DNA from: Thermoleophilia bacterium
Lineage (GTDB): Bacteria > Actinomycetota > Thermoleophilia > UBA2241
DNA length: 64,000 bases
Assembly: GCA_041393415.1 (NCBI GenBank)
Contig: JAWKKE010000001.1
Coordinates: 520,366 to 584,365, forward strand
Direction of reading: 5' to 3'
The translations under genes and the position numbers were made by a program. The notes beneath the pieces are model-generated. The model was not told the DNA's origin. It ran no database searches and saw nothing but the letters and a program-made list of their open reading frames with translations. Positions 41,511-50,745 of this stretch are shown here, piece by piece. How positions within the stretch are numbered: the stretch's first letter is position 1; each line of letters begins with the position of its first letter.

Positions 41511-41636
41511 GGGCGAGAACGGCGGCGACCACGAAGATAGTCGGCGCCAACTTCACCCTCGACTCCAGGTCCGTTTGAGCAGTCCGTCTGGTCGTCCGGG
41601 CCCACACGAACCGCCGGATCTGCCGGACACGACAAG

Positions 41637-42386
41637 TCATTGCCTCGGCATCAGCGCGAACACGCCCCAGCCCAGGTATTCGCGCGTGTAGGTGGCGTAG
41701 CGCTCGGGCTCCGAGGTCAGTCTTGCTCGAACCTCCTGTGCGAAATCGTCGCCGGGGTTGGCATCGAGCCACCGACGCATCGTGAGCCACTTGGCCGCCT
41801 CGTACCTGTCCCACCCGTCCTGGTCGGCCAGCATCATCTCGACGACATCGTGGCCGAGCCGATCGAAAGATGCCAGAAGTCCTGGCAGCATGAGAAAGTC
41901 GGAGATCGCGCGGGCAAGACACCCCTTGGCGACCTCTTCTGTTGGCGGCAACTGCCGCCAGTAGGGCTCACCAATAAGAATGATCCCCCCTGCCTTGAGG
42001 CTGCGCGCCAGGAGCTCGATCGTGCCGGCGACTCCGCCTGCGATCCAGGTGGCGCCGACACAGGCCGCCACATCGACCTTCTCGCCAGAGACGTACCCAG
42101 CAGCATCGTCATGGATGAACGTGACTCGATCGGCGACGCCGACCTCTTCGGCGCGGAGTCTCGCCTGTTGCGTGAACAACCGGCTCATATCGACACCGGT
42201 ACCGATGATGCCGTGATCGCGTGCCCAGGTACACAGCATCTCTCCCGAACCGCTGCCGAGGTCGAGCACCCGGGCTCCCGGCTCCAAGCGCAACGCCGCA
42301 CCGAGCGCGGCAAGCTTGTCGGGCGTAATCGGGTTGTGGATGCGGTGAGCGCTCTCTGTGATGTTGAAGATCCGCGGAATGTCCAC
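41637..42386 (-). CDS. Class I SAM-dependent methyltransferase
   Basis: Start GTG 42386 preceded by GGGAGG. Motif I RVLDLGSGSGEML. 249 aa. Confidence 0.75.
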   Translation of the reverse strand: MDIPRIFNITESAHRIHNPITPDKLAALGAALRLEPGARVLDLGSGSGEMLCTWARDHGIIGTGVDMSRLFTQQARLRAEEVGVADRVTFIHDDAAGYVSGEKVDVAACVGATWIAGGVAGTIELLARSLKAGGIILIGEPYWRQLPPTEEVAKGCLARAISDFLMLPGLLASFDRLGHDVVEMMLADQDGWDRYEAAKWLTMRRWLDANPGDDFAQEVRARLTSEPERYATYTREYLGWGVFALMPRQ

Positions 42387-42469
42387 TACGAAGTGCCTCC
42401 CTGACTGCGCGTACACAGAATCATCCAAAGCACATTCGCTTACGCTTGAACTGCGCCGAGGACTTCGCT

Positions 42470-43114
42470 TCATACGATAACGCTTGGCGTATCGCTTGGA
42501 GGCGATTCTCCGTCCGCCGGTCGCCACCACGTCGCTACGCCCTGACTCCTGATGACCGCCGTACGCGGTACTTGATACATGAGAATCACGAGCATGATCA
42601 GGTCCGCTGCCGAGCCGAGTGCGTTGAGGACGCTCAAGCCGACCATCCACCACGCTGCCGCGGGAAGCGCCAGCGCTACGACAAAAGGCAACAGCGTGAG
42701 CGCCACGAACGGTGTCACACCACTGATCAGTTGCGCCTGGCGAGAGAGGACGCCGGTATAGGCCATGTAGGGCGTGAGGTAGCGTGGCCAGAACCCCACG
42801 ACGACGTCATCTGACGACCCGGCGATCATCGCCGGAAGCGCGTGCAGAATCTCGTGCAAAGCGATGAACCCGGTCAGCGCTGCGACGGCCACAAGCAACC
42901 CGGCTACCGAGATGGTGACTGAGATCGAGTCGGACGAGGCTCCCGAGGGAATGATGAGACTCCAGACCAAAGCCAAGACACCGGCCATCAGCACTCCGAG
43001 CGGAATCGCGATCAGAAGCAGACCGCTCGGTCGAGGTTCGCGCAGTCTTGTCCAACCATCACCCGCAGGGTCGAAATCCGGGTCGTCGGGTATGGGGCCG
43101 ATGCGGAACCTCAA
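42470..43114 (-). CDS. DUF3267-like putative membrane zincin metallopeptidase
   Basis: HExxH motif (ALHEILHALPA) embedded between TM helices. Architecture fits DUF3267. Confidence 0.6.
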   Translation of the reverse strand: MRFRIGPIPDDPDFDPAGDGWTRLREPRPSGLLLIAIPLGVLMAGVLALVWSLIIPSGASSDSISVTISVAGLLVAVAALTGFIALHEILHALPAMIAGSSDDVVVGFWPRYLTPYMAYTGVLSRQAQLISGVTPFVALTLLPFVVALALPAAAWWMVGLSVLNALGSAADLIMLVILMYQVPRTAVIRSQGVATWWRPADGESPPSDTPSVIV

Positions 43115-43159
43115 GACGTGCCCGTGCCTGCTTGGGCAACGACATGCAGCGTCATCGAT

Positions 43160-43525
43160 TCAACTCTCGTCCAACTCAGCCTGCACCAGCGCTTCCGCCT
43201 TCTGCAACGCGTTGAGCCTGTTTCTCAGCAGACTGTGCTGTGAGGTCCCGGGGGAGAACTTCGCCTGAGCCTCCCTGGTCCGGCATGCCATGGAGGCAAT
43301 CACCCGAAGGGCGTCTTCGAGATCACCCTGCGCACAATGTCGCGCATCGTGTGCTTCTTGGCTCATGAGCGCAGACGCGATGTACAAAGCCTTGAGATTG
43401 TCTCGCAGCCTCGTGTGCTGCCACGTTCCCGGTGCCAACCTCTGCTGCGCTTTCTCCGACTTGCCGATGAGCGAGGCTATCGGTCGAAGCGCTCGCTGCA
43501 GATCATCGGAGGAGTCCTCTTTCAA
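43160..43525 (-). CDS. Hypothetical 121-aa protein made of two tandem roughly 50-aa repeats
   Basis: The repeats are LQRALRPIASLIGKSEKAQQRLAPGTWQHTRLRDNLKALYIASALM and LEDALRVIASMACRTREAQAKFSPGTSQHSLLRNRLNALQKAEALV. GC is about 58%, below the local average. Confidence 0.45.
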   Translation of the reverse strand: MKEDSSDDLQRALRPIASLIGKSEKAQQRLAPGTWQHTRLRDNLKALYIASALMSQEAHDARHCAQGDLEDALRVIASMACRTREAQAKFSPGTSQHSLLRNRLNALQKAEALVQAELDES

Positions 43526-43821
43526 GCAGATCGCCGATCACCTATGCGCTTGTCACGGCATCGAGGTCGACTCCTACCACCTGTCCACCGTCGCCGAGGA
43601 GCCGGGAGACCATGTAGGTCACGTCGCCGACGCCGCAACCGACGTCGAGCACGCGCATCGTGCCTCCGATGCCTGCGTCGAGCAGAAGTCGATCCATGGA
43701 TCGTCACGAGAGTCAGCCAAATTGGACCCTTCGAACGGACGGCCCACCGTCTGAGCGCATCAGCGGACGCCTCTGCGCCCCTTGAGTACTCAAGCACGAC
43801 ACCCACTGCCCGGCACAGGAC

Positions 43822-44025
43822 TTAGGTCTGATCTTCCTTGCTCTGTGACTCACTCTCTTCAATAAGCCTTCTCACACCATCAGGAATCGAACGGCAGCTA
43901 CAGTTCTGAGAGTGCTCGATGTGCCATTGCATGCGCTGCGCATCAGATGCATTTCTTGGCATTCTGTGTGCTTGATGCCATTCCTTATTTGTCTTGCCCA
44001 TCTTCTGATCCTTTCGCCTGGGCAA
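43822..44025 (-). CDS. Small Cys/His-rich hypothetical protein (possible metal-binding), in low-GC islet
   Basis: MGKTNKEWHQAHRMPRNASDAQRMQWHIEHSQNCSCRSIPDGVRRLIEE shows a WH..H.MP.N.....R..WH.EH...C.C pattern. Coding-region GC is about 47-50%, against about 68% overall. Start is either 44025 or the internal ATG about 44001. Confidence 0.45.
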   Translation of the reverse strand: MPRRKDQKMGKTNKEWHQAHRMPRNASDAQRMQWHIEHSQNCSCRSIPDGVRRLIEESESQSKEDQT

Positions 44026-44064
44026 TTGGACAATCCGCCAGGTGTGGTACCTGAGCGTTCGCAG

Positions 44065-44489
44065 CTAATCGGTCGCCAGCATCCCGCCCTCAAGCAGGAG
44101 GGAAGGGACGTAGGCAATCTCCCACGGATGCCCGTCGGGATCACCGAAGTACCCCGTGTAGCCCCACGGCTTGTCGGCCGCAGGCGACAGCAGTAGCGCG
44201 CCGGCCGAGACGGCCCGTGCGAGCACGACATCGACCTGACGAGGCCCACTCCGCCGGAGAGGGTGAACAAGACGAAGTCTCCGCCACTTACCGAGGAGAA
44301 CGTCCATCCCAGACCATCGCGATAGAATGCCAGCGCTGCGCCCATATCGCGCACCCCAAGTGTGATGATGGTCAACCGCTGCTCCACAGGCTTCGTCCTT
44401 CCGTCCATCCAGCTCCGCGATACTACGCGCCGAAGGGCTTCCGCGACCGCCGGCCGGTGTACCGGCTCGGATGTGCCCATTATGCCCAA
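44065..44489 (-). pseudogene. VOC/glyoxalase family gene with apparent frameshift near 44215-44235
   Basis: N-terminal half (EQRLTIITLGVRDMGAALAFYRDGLGWTF...FVLFTLSGGVGL) is in one frame. The C-terminal half (RQVDVVLARAVSAGALLLSPAADKPWGYTGYFGDPDGHPWEIAYVPS) is in another. Both halves are typical VOC modules. Confidence 0.55.
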
Positions 44490-44534
44490 GCGCCCGAAGG
44501 GAAGCCCAGATCGGCAATCACGATGGCGCGCTCG

Positions 44535-45470
44535 TCAGCGATTCCGCGCCAAGACCAGAAGCCGATCTGCCATCGCCTCGATCTCCGTCGCTATCCAGAC
44601 CCTCGCGCACCACTCCGGCGGGATGCCCTCACGCCCGTAGAATGCGCCCGCGATCTGACCAGTAACGGCAGCGGTCGTGTCTGCATCATCCCCTAGATTG
44701 GCAGCCGCGAGGATCGCCCCCGCGAACGAATCCGTGTGGGCGAAGCACCAGAGCGCGGCTTCCAGGCAGGCGACGCAGTACCCCGTACCACGGATGTGCT
44801 CGCGCGACTTCCCGAGATACTCGCCGCGCGCAATCGCCGCCACCTTCGCCCCTGAGCAGGGCACATCACCGAGATCCAGGACCTCATCGATTCCAGCACC
44901 CGAAAGCGCACGCGAAGTCGCGACGCCGAGAAGCTGACAGCACTCGAGAGCCTCAGGAGCCGCATGCGTGGTGCGAGAGCTCTCGGAGCTCAACATGAGC
45001 ACCCTTTGCGAATCCGGATGCGCATACAGGACCGCCGGAGCAAGCCTCATCAACGAGCCGTTGCCCGCCGTCCAGGGATCGGTCGAACCGGCGAAAGGGT
45101 CTCCGTCTGCAAGAAATCGAGACAGAGCGACGGCGACGGTGCCACCGATGTCGAAACACTCACCTGTGGAGCTCATGTGCCCCCGCTGCCACCAGTTCAC
45201 GTAGCGACTCATCTGGTCGGCCGCATCGAATCCGCCGCACGCAATCAGGCTTTCTGCCAGACATAGCGCCATCGATGTGTCATCGGTCCATTGTCCTGCC
45301 TCAAGACGGAATGGGCCGCCGCCCACCATGTCCTCAACGGGGAGGAACGTACCGCGGGGGCGAAACTCAACAGTGGTGCCGACGGCATCTCCGCACGCCA
45401 GGCCGACGAGAGATCCGCGATAGCGGTCGATGAGATCCAAGACAGAAGACCTACCCTCCGGTGCCACCAA
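44535..45470 (-). CDS. ADP-ribosylglycohydrolase family protein (DraG/ARH-like)
   Basis: 311 aa: RYRGSLVGLACGDAVGTTVEF...GQWTDDTSMALCL...GNGSLMRLAPAVL...LGDDADTTAAVTGQIAGAFYG are the characteristic ARH metal-binding Asp/Thr motifs. Confidence 0.85.
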   Translation of the reverse strand: MVAPEGRSSVLDLIDRYRGSLVGLACGDAVGTTVEFRPRGTFLPVEDMVGGGPFRLEAGQWTDDTSMALCLAESLIACGGFDAADQMSRYVNWWQRGHMSSTGECFDIGGTVAVALSRFLADGDPFAGSTDPWTAGNGSLMRLAPAVLYAHPDSQRVLMLSSESSRTTHAAPEALECCQLLGVATSRALSGAGIDEVLDLGDVPCSGAKVAAIARGEYLGKSREHIRGTGYCVACLEAALWCFAHTDSFAGAILAAANLGDDADTTAAVTGQIAGAFYGREGIPPEWCARVWIATEIEAMADRLLVLARNR

Positions 45471-45779
45471 CGTAGTTGCCCATAAGCCGCACTCCCACGA
45501 CCTCGATCATGCGCTCTACATGATACGGCGCTCGCGCTGCAGGCCAGACGTGTTTGTTGGGTGGAGACGGCCAACGCATCACACATGCGCCGTGAGTGCA
45601 ATAATCGAGGCACCAACCGCGGCGCTGCGACGAGTCGGCTCCGTGCGCTGAATCCCAATCCACTCAAGCCGCGTCAGCTACCCACGGAAAGCGTGACGTG
45701 AGGGCTCCGGCCGGGGATACATCGATGAAGAGGCGGGGGTAGCGCAGAGCACCTTGTGGACGGAGGAGTCGCAGATCCT

Positions 45780-46282
45780 ATGGAGATCGGACCGGACCCA
45801 GACTGGATACCCTGCACCTATGAGAGCTGCGACCGCGTCAGCGGTCCGTTCTATCACGGTACCGCGGCCGCGCTGGCGCCCGGGACCATGATTGGCCCGG
45901 GCTTCGAGTCCAACTACCAAAAGGGGCGAATCTCCAACAACATCTACTTCACGGCACTGCCCGCGCCGGCAGCGGGACTGGCAGCGGAGCTTGCGGTGGC
46001 ACTGACCGGAGCCCAGCCACCAGGGCACATCTACCTGGTGGAACCGACGGGGCCTTTGAGGACGATCCGAACGTCACCAACAAGCGCTTCCCGGGGAACC
46101 CCACTAAGTCGTACCGCAGCATCCATCCACTCCGAATCATCTCTGAAGTCAAGGACTGGGAACCGAGCGATCCCGAACTGGTGAAGGTGATGCTGGAGCG
46201 CCTGGAGAAGCTCCGCGAGCACGGCGAGGACCTGATCGAGGACTGGCGGCCGAGCGCGACGCCCGATTCCATCTTCTCGTGA
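45780..46282 (+). pseudogene. arr: Arr-family NAD+-dependent (rifampin-type) ADP-ribosyltransferase, interrupted by a 1-nt deletion in a GGGGCC run at about 46053
   Basis: ATG 45780 with a GGAGGAG RBS. The N-terminal part reads MEIGPDPDWIPCTYESCDRVSGPFYHGTAAALAPGTMIGPGFESNYQKGRISNNIYFTALPAPAAGLAAELAVALTG...HIYLVEPTGP. After shifting +1 it continues FEDDPNVTNKRFPGNPTKSYRSIHPLRIISEVKDWEPSDPELVKVMLERLEKLREHGEDLIEDW, ending at TGA 46280-46282. Both parts follow the Arr consensus (DWIP, GPFYHGT, IYFTAL, AELA, IYxVEPTGPFEDDPNxTNKRFPGNPT). Confidence 0.8.
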
Positions 46283-46346
46283 GATCCTGCTGTCGTCTGT
46301 CTACTTGCCTGTTGGTCGAGCTTGTGCCGCTCTGCTCGCTTCGTCT

Positions 46347-46811
46347 TCAGGCCCTTCCCACAACCACGAGCCTCCGCCCACCGTCGGGCGACGGTCTCCA
46401 CTCGCACCTCACCACGTCGCCGATAGCCACCGGCCATCGCTCACCGGCCGGGATCTGCGCGCCCGTACCCTCGACTTCAGGATACGGTCCATCGACCCGA
46501 CAAGATCCATCTTCGAGGTCCCTGACGCAGACTGCCCGCCAGACCTCTCCCTCGACACCTAGAAGCCGCAGATACGCGGTCTCCACGGTGACGTAGCCGT
46601 CGCCCCAATGATCGCGGTCTACCTCGTAGGGATCCACGAAGAAGCCCTGGGGCTGACTCCGAAAACCGGCCTGCGTCGACAGCCTAGCCACTGCAGCATC
46701 CGCGTGCGCACGGGATGAGTAGACACCAATGAACTTCACATCCTCCGACTCGTCGTCCTGGACGTGAACGTGCTGGACTATCCAGACTGTCAACCGCATT
46801 GGCCAATCCAC
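46347..46811 (-). CDS. Hypothetical protein, no recognised family
   Basis: 154-aa ORF (MDWPMRLTVWIVQHVHVQDDESEDVKFIGVYSSRAHADAAVARL...). Composition is protein-like. Lies between arr and the DUF4386 gene. Confidence 0.45.
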   Translation of the reverse strand: MDWPMRLTVWIVQHVHVQDDESEDVKFIGVYSSRAHADAAVARLSTQAGFRSQPQGFFVDPYEVDRDHWGDGYVTVETAYLRLLGVEGEVWRAVCVRDLEDGSCRVDGPYPEVEGTGAQIPAGERWPVAIGDVVRCEWRPSPDGGRRLVVVGRA

Positions 46812-47071
46812 CTAACGTTGATGCGCACGAGCTACGCGTTTCACGATCTCAGAACAGCCGATGAGCGCCCCCGTCGGCCCGATGCTCTTGCTGAACCGCT
46901 ATTCTCGCTATTCTCCGTGTCGCGCGCATCAAAGAAGCGCGACCAGATCGCCCAGCAGCTCATCGGCAGCGGCCTCGATGTCGGCGGCGAGCGCTTCTGG
47001 GGGCACGGGCTCGGGCACCTCCGCCATCCTAGGAACCTCCGAAGGTCGTCATGCCGTGCAGACGGCCGCTC

Positions 47072-47863
47072 TCATCGCGCGCCTCCCACGACGGTCGATG
47101 CCGTCGTGTAGGGCAGGTCGGCATGCCGCCCGACGTGCTTCTTTGCCGTCTCGGACGTGTCGAAGCCCTTCGCTATCAGCCATCCGGCCAGGACCAGCTC
47201 CTGCACGAAGATGGGGAACGCGAGCGGGATGTAGCTGGTGATTCGGTTGCCGCTGAACAAGGAGAGCATGCAGGCCACGGCCAGCGAGAGTGTCGCGACG
47301 ACACCGAAGGCGGACAGCCAGCGGGGCACAAGTCGCGCTCGGAGGAACAACAGGTTGTAGAGGAAGCTGCCGACGCAGAAAGCGAACACCCCGAGTAGCG
47401 GCGCTGCGTAGGTGCGCAGGCTCATCAGCGCGTCCCCGATCGCCTGGAGTGAGACACGGTCCGCAGCCCCCGCTGCGGCATACTGCCGGCTCAGCTCGAG
47501 CAGTGCCAGCAGACTCATGGCGCCGACGAGGTAGAAGGTCGCCTCCAGTGCCCTGAACACGACAGCCCCGAGGGCCATCCCCACGTTCGCCCGCTTCAGG
47601 ACCTGGTACATGGCGACGGCGATACTCGCGCCCGCGAGTGCGGAGATGAGCTTCGCGAACACGCCCACAGCAGCCAAACCGGGGTGCGCGTGGAGCTGCG
47701 TCAAGTAGTCAGAGCCGACGACGGGACGCAGGAGCGCGTCACCTGCGAACGTCGCGACGTCGGCGACGATGAAGAGCAGGCCGGCAAACAGCGCTGCCCG
47801 CCGGCCCATATCCCTCGCATCCAGTCGAACATCAGTTTCGTGAACATCGTAGTCACGGGACAT
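47072..47863 (-). CDS. DUF4386-like integral membrane protein
   Basis: Start at internal MSRDYDVHETDV... Multiple TM helices (AALFAGLLFIVADVATFAG...). Divergent from the TetR gene. Confidence 0.55.
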   Translation of the reverse strand: MSRDYDVHETDVRLDARDMGRRAALFAGLLFIVADVATFAGDALLRPVVGSDYLTQLHAHPGLAAVGVFAKLISALAGASIAVAMYQVLKRANVGMALGAVVFRALEATFYLVGAMSLLALLELSRQYAAAGAADRVSLQAIGDALMSLRTYAAPLLGVFAFCVGSFLYNLLFLRARLVPRWLSAFGVVATLSLAVACMLSLFSGNRITSYIPLAFPIFVQELVLAGWLIAKGFDTSETAKKHVGRHADLPYTTASTVVGGAR

Positions 47864-47937
47864 CTCTCCGTTCCTCCTCCAGTCTGCCCGTCGTTGCGTC
47901 GCTGGACTCGCAAAGCCAGGCGCAATTCGAGCGATCT

Positions 47938-47990
47938 GTACTAACGCTGTTAGTATTCCCAAGTGTGATACTCTACTAACAGTGTTAGTT
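47938..47990. promoter_or_regulatory. Two palindromic operator-like sites, GTACTAACgctGTTAGTAT (47938..47956) and CTACTAACagtGTTAGTT (47973..47990), in the divergent DUF4386/TetR intergenic region
   Basis: Inverted repeats ACTAAC-N3-GTTAGT seen twice, 35 nt apart. The second overlaps the TTG start of the TetR ORF. This is classic TetR-family operator geometry. Confidence 0.5.
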
Positions 47991-48709
47991 TGTCAAGGAA
48001 GGACCGTAACGCACCTCCAACACCAACGCTCGGAGGCCACATCAGCGCTCAATCAACGGACGCCGGCCGGCCGCGGGACACGCTCAATCGGGAGCGCGTG
48101 CTGAGGGCCGCTATGGATCTCGCGGACGAGAAGGGCCTCGACGCGCTCACCATGCGCCTGCTCGGCCGAAGGCTCGGGGTCGAGGCGGCGTCGCTATACA
48201 ACCACGTTGCCGGCAAGGACGACCTCCTCGAGGGCATGTCGGATCTCGCGATGTTCGAAATCGACCTTCCTGGCGACGATGTCGGCTGGAAGGAAGCGAT
48301 GCGTCGCCGTGCGATCTCCGCGCGGGAGACCTTCGCGCGCCACAGGTGGGCTGCCGCGCTCTACGACTCTCGCGAGCCGAGCAGTCCCAGCCGGCTTGCC
48401 TTCGTGGACCGGGCTCTAGGGGCGCTCATGCGCGCGGGCTTCACCGCCACCGCTGCCGCGTACGCGCTCCTCGTGCTCGACAGCTACCTCTACGGATTCG
48501 AGCGGCAGCGACCCGACGTCGCGGCGCAGGGCAAGGGAGACAGCCCTGAGACGGCTCGGGAGGTCCTAGCGGCCATTCCCGTCGGCGAGTACCCGTTCGC
48601 AGCGAGCGTCGCCAAGGAGTACGCAGCGCACCCCTTCGACGCGGAGGACGCATTCGAGCTCGGACTCGGCATAATCCTCGACGGGTTGGAGCGCACGCTC
48701 GAACCGTAG
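47990..48709 (+). CDS. TetR/AcrR family transcriptional regulator
   Basis: HTH region RERVLRAAMDLADEKGLDALTMRLLGRRLGVEAASLYNHVAGKDDLL, with a C-terminal ligand-binding helical domain. The only in-frame start upstream of the HTH is TTG 47990. Confidence 0.8.
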   Translation: MSRKDRNAPPTPTLGGHISAQSTDAGRPRDTLNRERVLRAAMDLADEKGLDALTMRLLGRRLGVEAASLYNHVAGKDDLLEGMSDLAMFEIDLPGDDVGWKEAMRRRAISARETFARHRWAAALYDSREPSSPSRLAFVDRALGALMRAGFTATAAAYALLVLDSYLYGFERQRPDVAAQGKGDSPETAREVLAAIPVGEYPFAASVAKEYAAHPFDAEDAFELGLGIILDGLERTLEP

Positions 48710-49125
48710 CGGGTAGGTGGCCACACTCGTGGCCCTATGCTCGCCGAGCATTGGGCGACCCGTGAGGACCTACCCGCCATGCTCCAACTCGGCGTCATTC
48801 GGCCGCCCGCAGAACCGACTGAGTCTTAGTTCCGGCCAGCGCCAGAACGCCATGACACCGCTTCGGCGCGATCCATGCGTCCAACGTCTCGCACATAACC
48901 TGCGCGGGCCGCGGCTCCAGACTGCTCCAGAAGCCGTTGGGCTCGCCAGATTGATCTCGTTCCGCGAGAGGTCGACGTCCTGCACCCGCAGGCGCAGGTG
49001 GTAGAGAAGAGCAGCGCCGAGAGCGCCCGCGTCTGCGTGAAGGCGCTCACCCTGCCGTCCACGACGACGTGCGTGAGGAGCCCCCGAGGGGACCGAGTCG
49101 AACCGGGCGAACTAGATGATCGCGA

Positions 49126-50745
49126 CTAGCGCGAGTTCTTGCTCAGTGCCGCCAGGAAGTCGGCGTTGGAGTGCGTCTCGCGCACCTTCTTGATGAGCAA
49201 CTCGATGGCGGCCGAGGGCTCGAGGCTGTGGAGCACGCCACGGAGCTTCCAGACCGCCGCCGCCTCGGCCGGATCCATGAGCAGCTCCTCCTTGCGCGTG
49301 CCGGTGCCGTCAATGTCGATGGCCGGGAAGATGCGCTTGTCGGCGAGCTTGCGGTCAAGCCGAATCTCCATGTTGCCGGTACCCTTGAACTCCTCGAAGA
49401 TGACCTCGTCCATGCGCGAGCCGGTCTCGACGAGCGCCGTGGCGAGGATCGTGAGGGAGCCGCCCTCCTCGATGTTGCGGGCGGCGCCAAAGAACTTCTT
49501 CGGCGGGTACAGCGCCGTGGAGTCGACGCCGCCGGAGAGGATACGCCCAGAAGCCGGCGTGTTGAGGTTGAAGGCGCGCGCCATACGCGTGATGGAGTCG
49601 AGCAGCACTACGACGTCGCGGCCCATCTCGACCAGACGCTTCACCCGATCCAGCACCAACTCCGTAACCTGCACGTGGTTCTCGCTCGGCTGATCGAAGG
49701 TGCTGGCGACGACGGTGCCTTTGACCGAGCGCTCCATGTCGGTGACCTCCTCCGGGCGCTCGTCGACGAGCAGTACGAAGAGATCGACCTCGGGGTTGTT
49801 GCGGGCGATCGAGTTGGCGAGCTTCTTGAGAATCGTCGTCTTGCCGGCCTTCGGCGGCGAGACGATGAGACCGCGCTGACCCTTGCCGATGGGGCAGAGC
49901 AGATCCATGATGCGCGCCGCCGTGTCGTGCTCCTCGGTCTCGAGACGGAGTCGCTCCTCGGGGAAGAGCGGCGTGAGCTTCTCGAAGACAGGGCGCTTGC
50001 GCGCCTCATCGGGGTCGAGCTCGTTGACGTTGTCGATCTTCAGAAGCGCGTTGTACTTCTCGTTGTCTTTAGGCTCGCGCACGTGACCGTCGATTTCGTC
50101 ACCGCGGCGCAGCGCGAAGCGACGGATCTGGCTGAGCGACACGTAGACGTCGTTCTCGCCCTGCGTGAAGCCGTTTGTACGCAGGAAGCCGAAGCCGTCG
50201 GGCAGCACGTCGAGGATGCCGTGACAGGGAATGGGCGGACCCTCGACACGCTCTTGGCGCTGCTCGCCGCCGCGCTGCTTGCCGCGATCACGATCACGAC
50301 CACGGCGAGAGCGATCGCTCTTGCCGCCCCCCTGCTGTTGCTGCTGAGGGCGGCCGCCACCATGACTCTGACGGTCGCCGCTCGGTGCCGCCTCTTCGCC
50401 GGCGGGCGTAGCGCCGCCGGCCGGCACGACCTCTGCCGGTGAACTCGGCTCGGTGACTGCCACGGCGGGCGTAGTCACCGAAGGTTCGGCCGCCGGGGCA
50501 GCTTCTGGAACAGCGGCAGCCACGTCGACCGGTGCCGCTGCCGCAGGCGCCTCGGCAGGCGCCTCGGCGGGCGCGGCGCCGTTGCCCGAGGGCGCGCCGG
50601 GCGCGCCGGACTTCGCGGACACCTCCGGTGCGTCACTGCCCTTCTCCTCCGCCGCAGCGGGCACGGGCGTCTCGGTGACCGTCGAGTTCGACGCATCGGC
50701 ATCAGGTGCGATCGTGATCTGCTCTGTCTGTTCGTACGTTTCCAT
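49126..50745 (-). CDS. rho: Transcription termination factor Rho, with long low-complexity N-terminal extension
   Basis: C-terminal 380 aa carry all Rho motifs: Walker [17 protein letters not shown]-loop, R-loop and [24 protein letters not shown]. The N-terminal roughly 150 aa are Ala/Pro/Gly/Arg/Gln-rich, as in actinobacterial Rho. Confidence 0.95.
   Translation of the reverse strand: METYEQTEQITIAPDADASNSTVTETPVPAAAEEKGSDAPEVSAKSGAPGAPSGNGAAPAEAPAEAPAAAAPVDVAAAVPEAAPAAEPSVTTPAVAVTEPSSPAEVVPAGGATPAGEEAAPSGDRQSHGGGRPQQQQQGGGKSDRSRRGRDRDRGKQRGGEQRQERVEGPPIPCHGILDVLPDGFGFLRTNGFTQGENDVYVSLSQIRRFALRRGDEIDGHVREPKDNEKYNALLKIDNVNELDPDEARKRPVFEKLTPLFPEERLRLETEEHDTAARIMDLLCPIGKGQRGLIVSPPKAGKTTILKKLANSIARNNPEVDLFVLLVDERPEEVTDMERSVKGTVVASTFDQPSENHVQVTELVLDRVKRLVEMGRDVVVLLDSITRMARAFNLNTPASGRILSGGVDSTALYPPKKFFGAARNIEEGGSLTILATALVETGSRMDEVIFEEFKGTGNMEIRLDRKLADKRIFPAIDIDGTGTRKEELLMDPAEAAAVWKLRGVLHSLEPSAAIELLIKKVRETHSNADFLAALSKNSR

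Noticed and set aside
43880-43900. GGAATCGAAC (reverse complement of a tRNA T-loop-like GTTCGATTCC).
   Set aside because: No acceptor, D-arm or anticodon-arm pairing could be built around it. It lies inside the coding sequence of the small Cys/His protein.
47990-48090. Alternative later start for the TetR gene (GTG about 48091 or ATG about 48106).
   Set aside because: These would truncate the first helix of the TetR HTH (RERVLRAAMDLADEKG). TTG 47990 is the only in-frame start upstream, though it overlaps operator 2, so the start remains uncertain.
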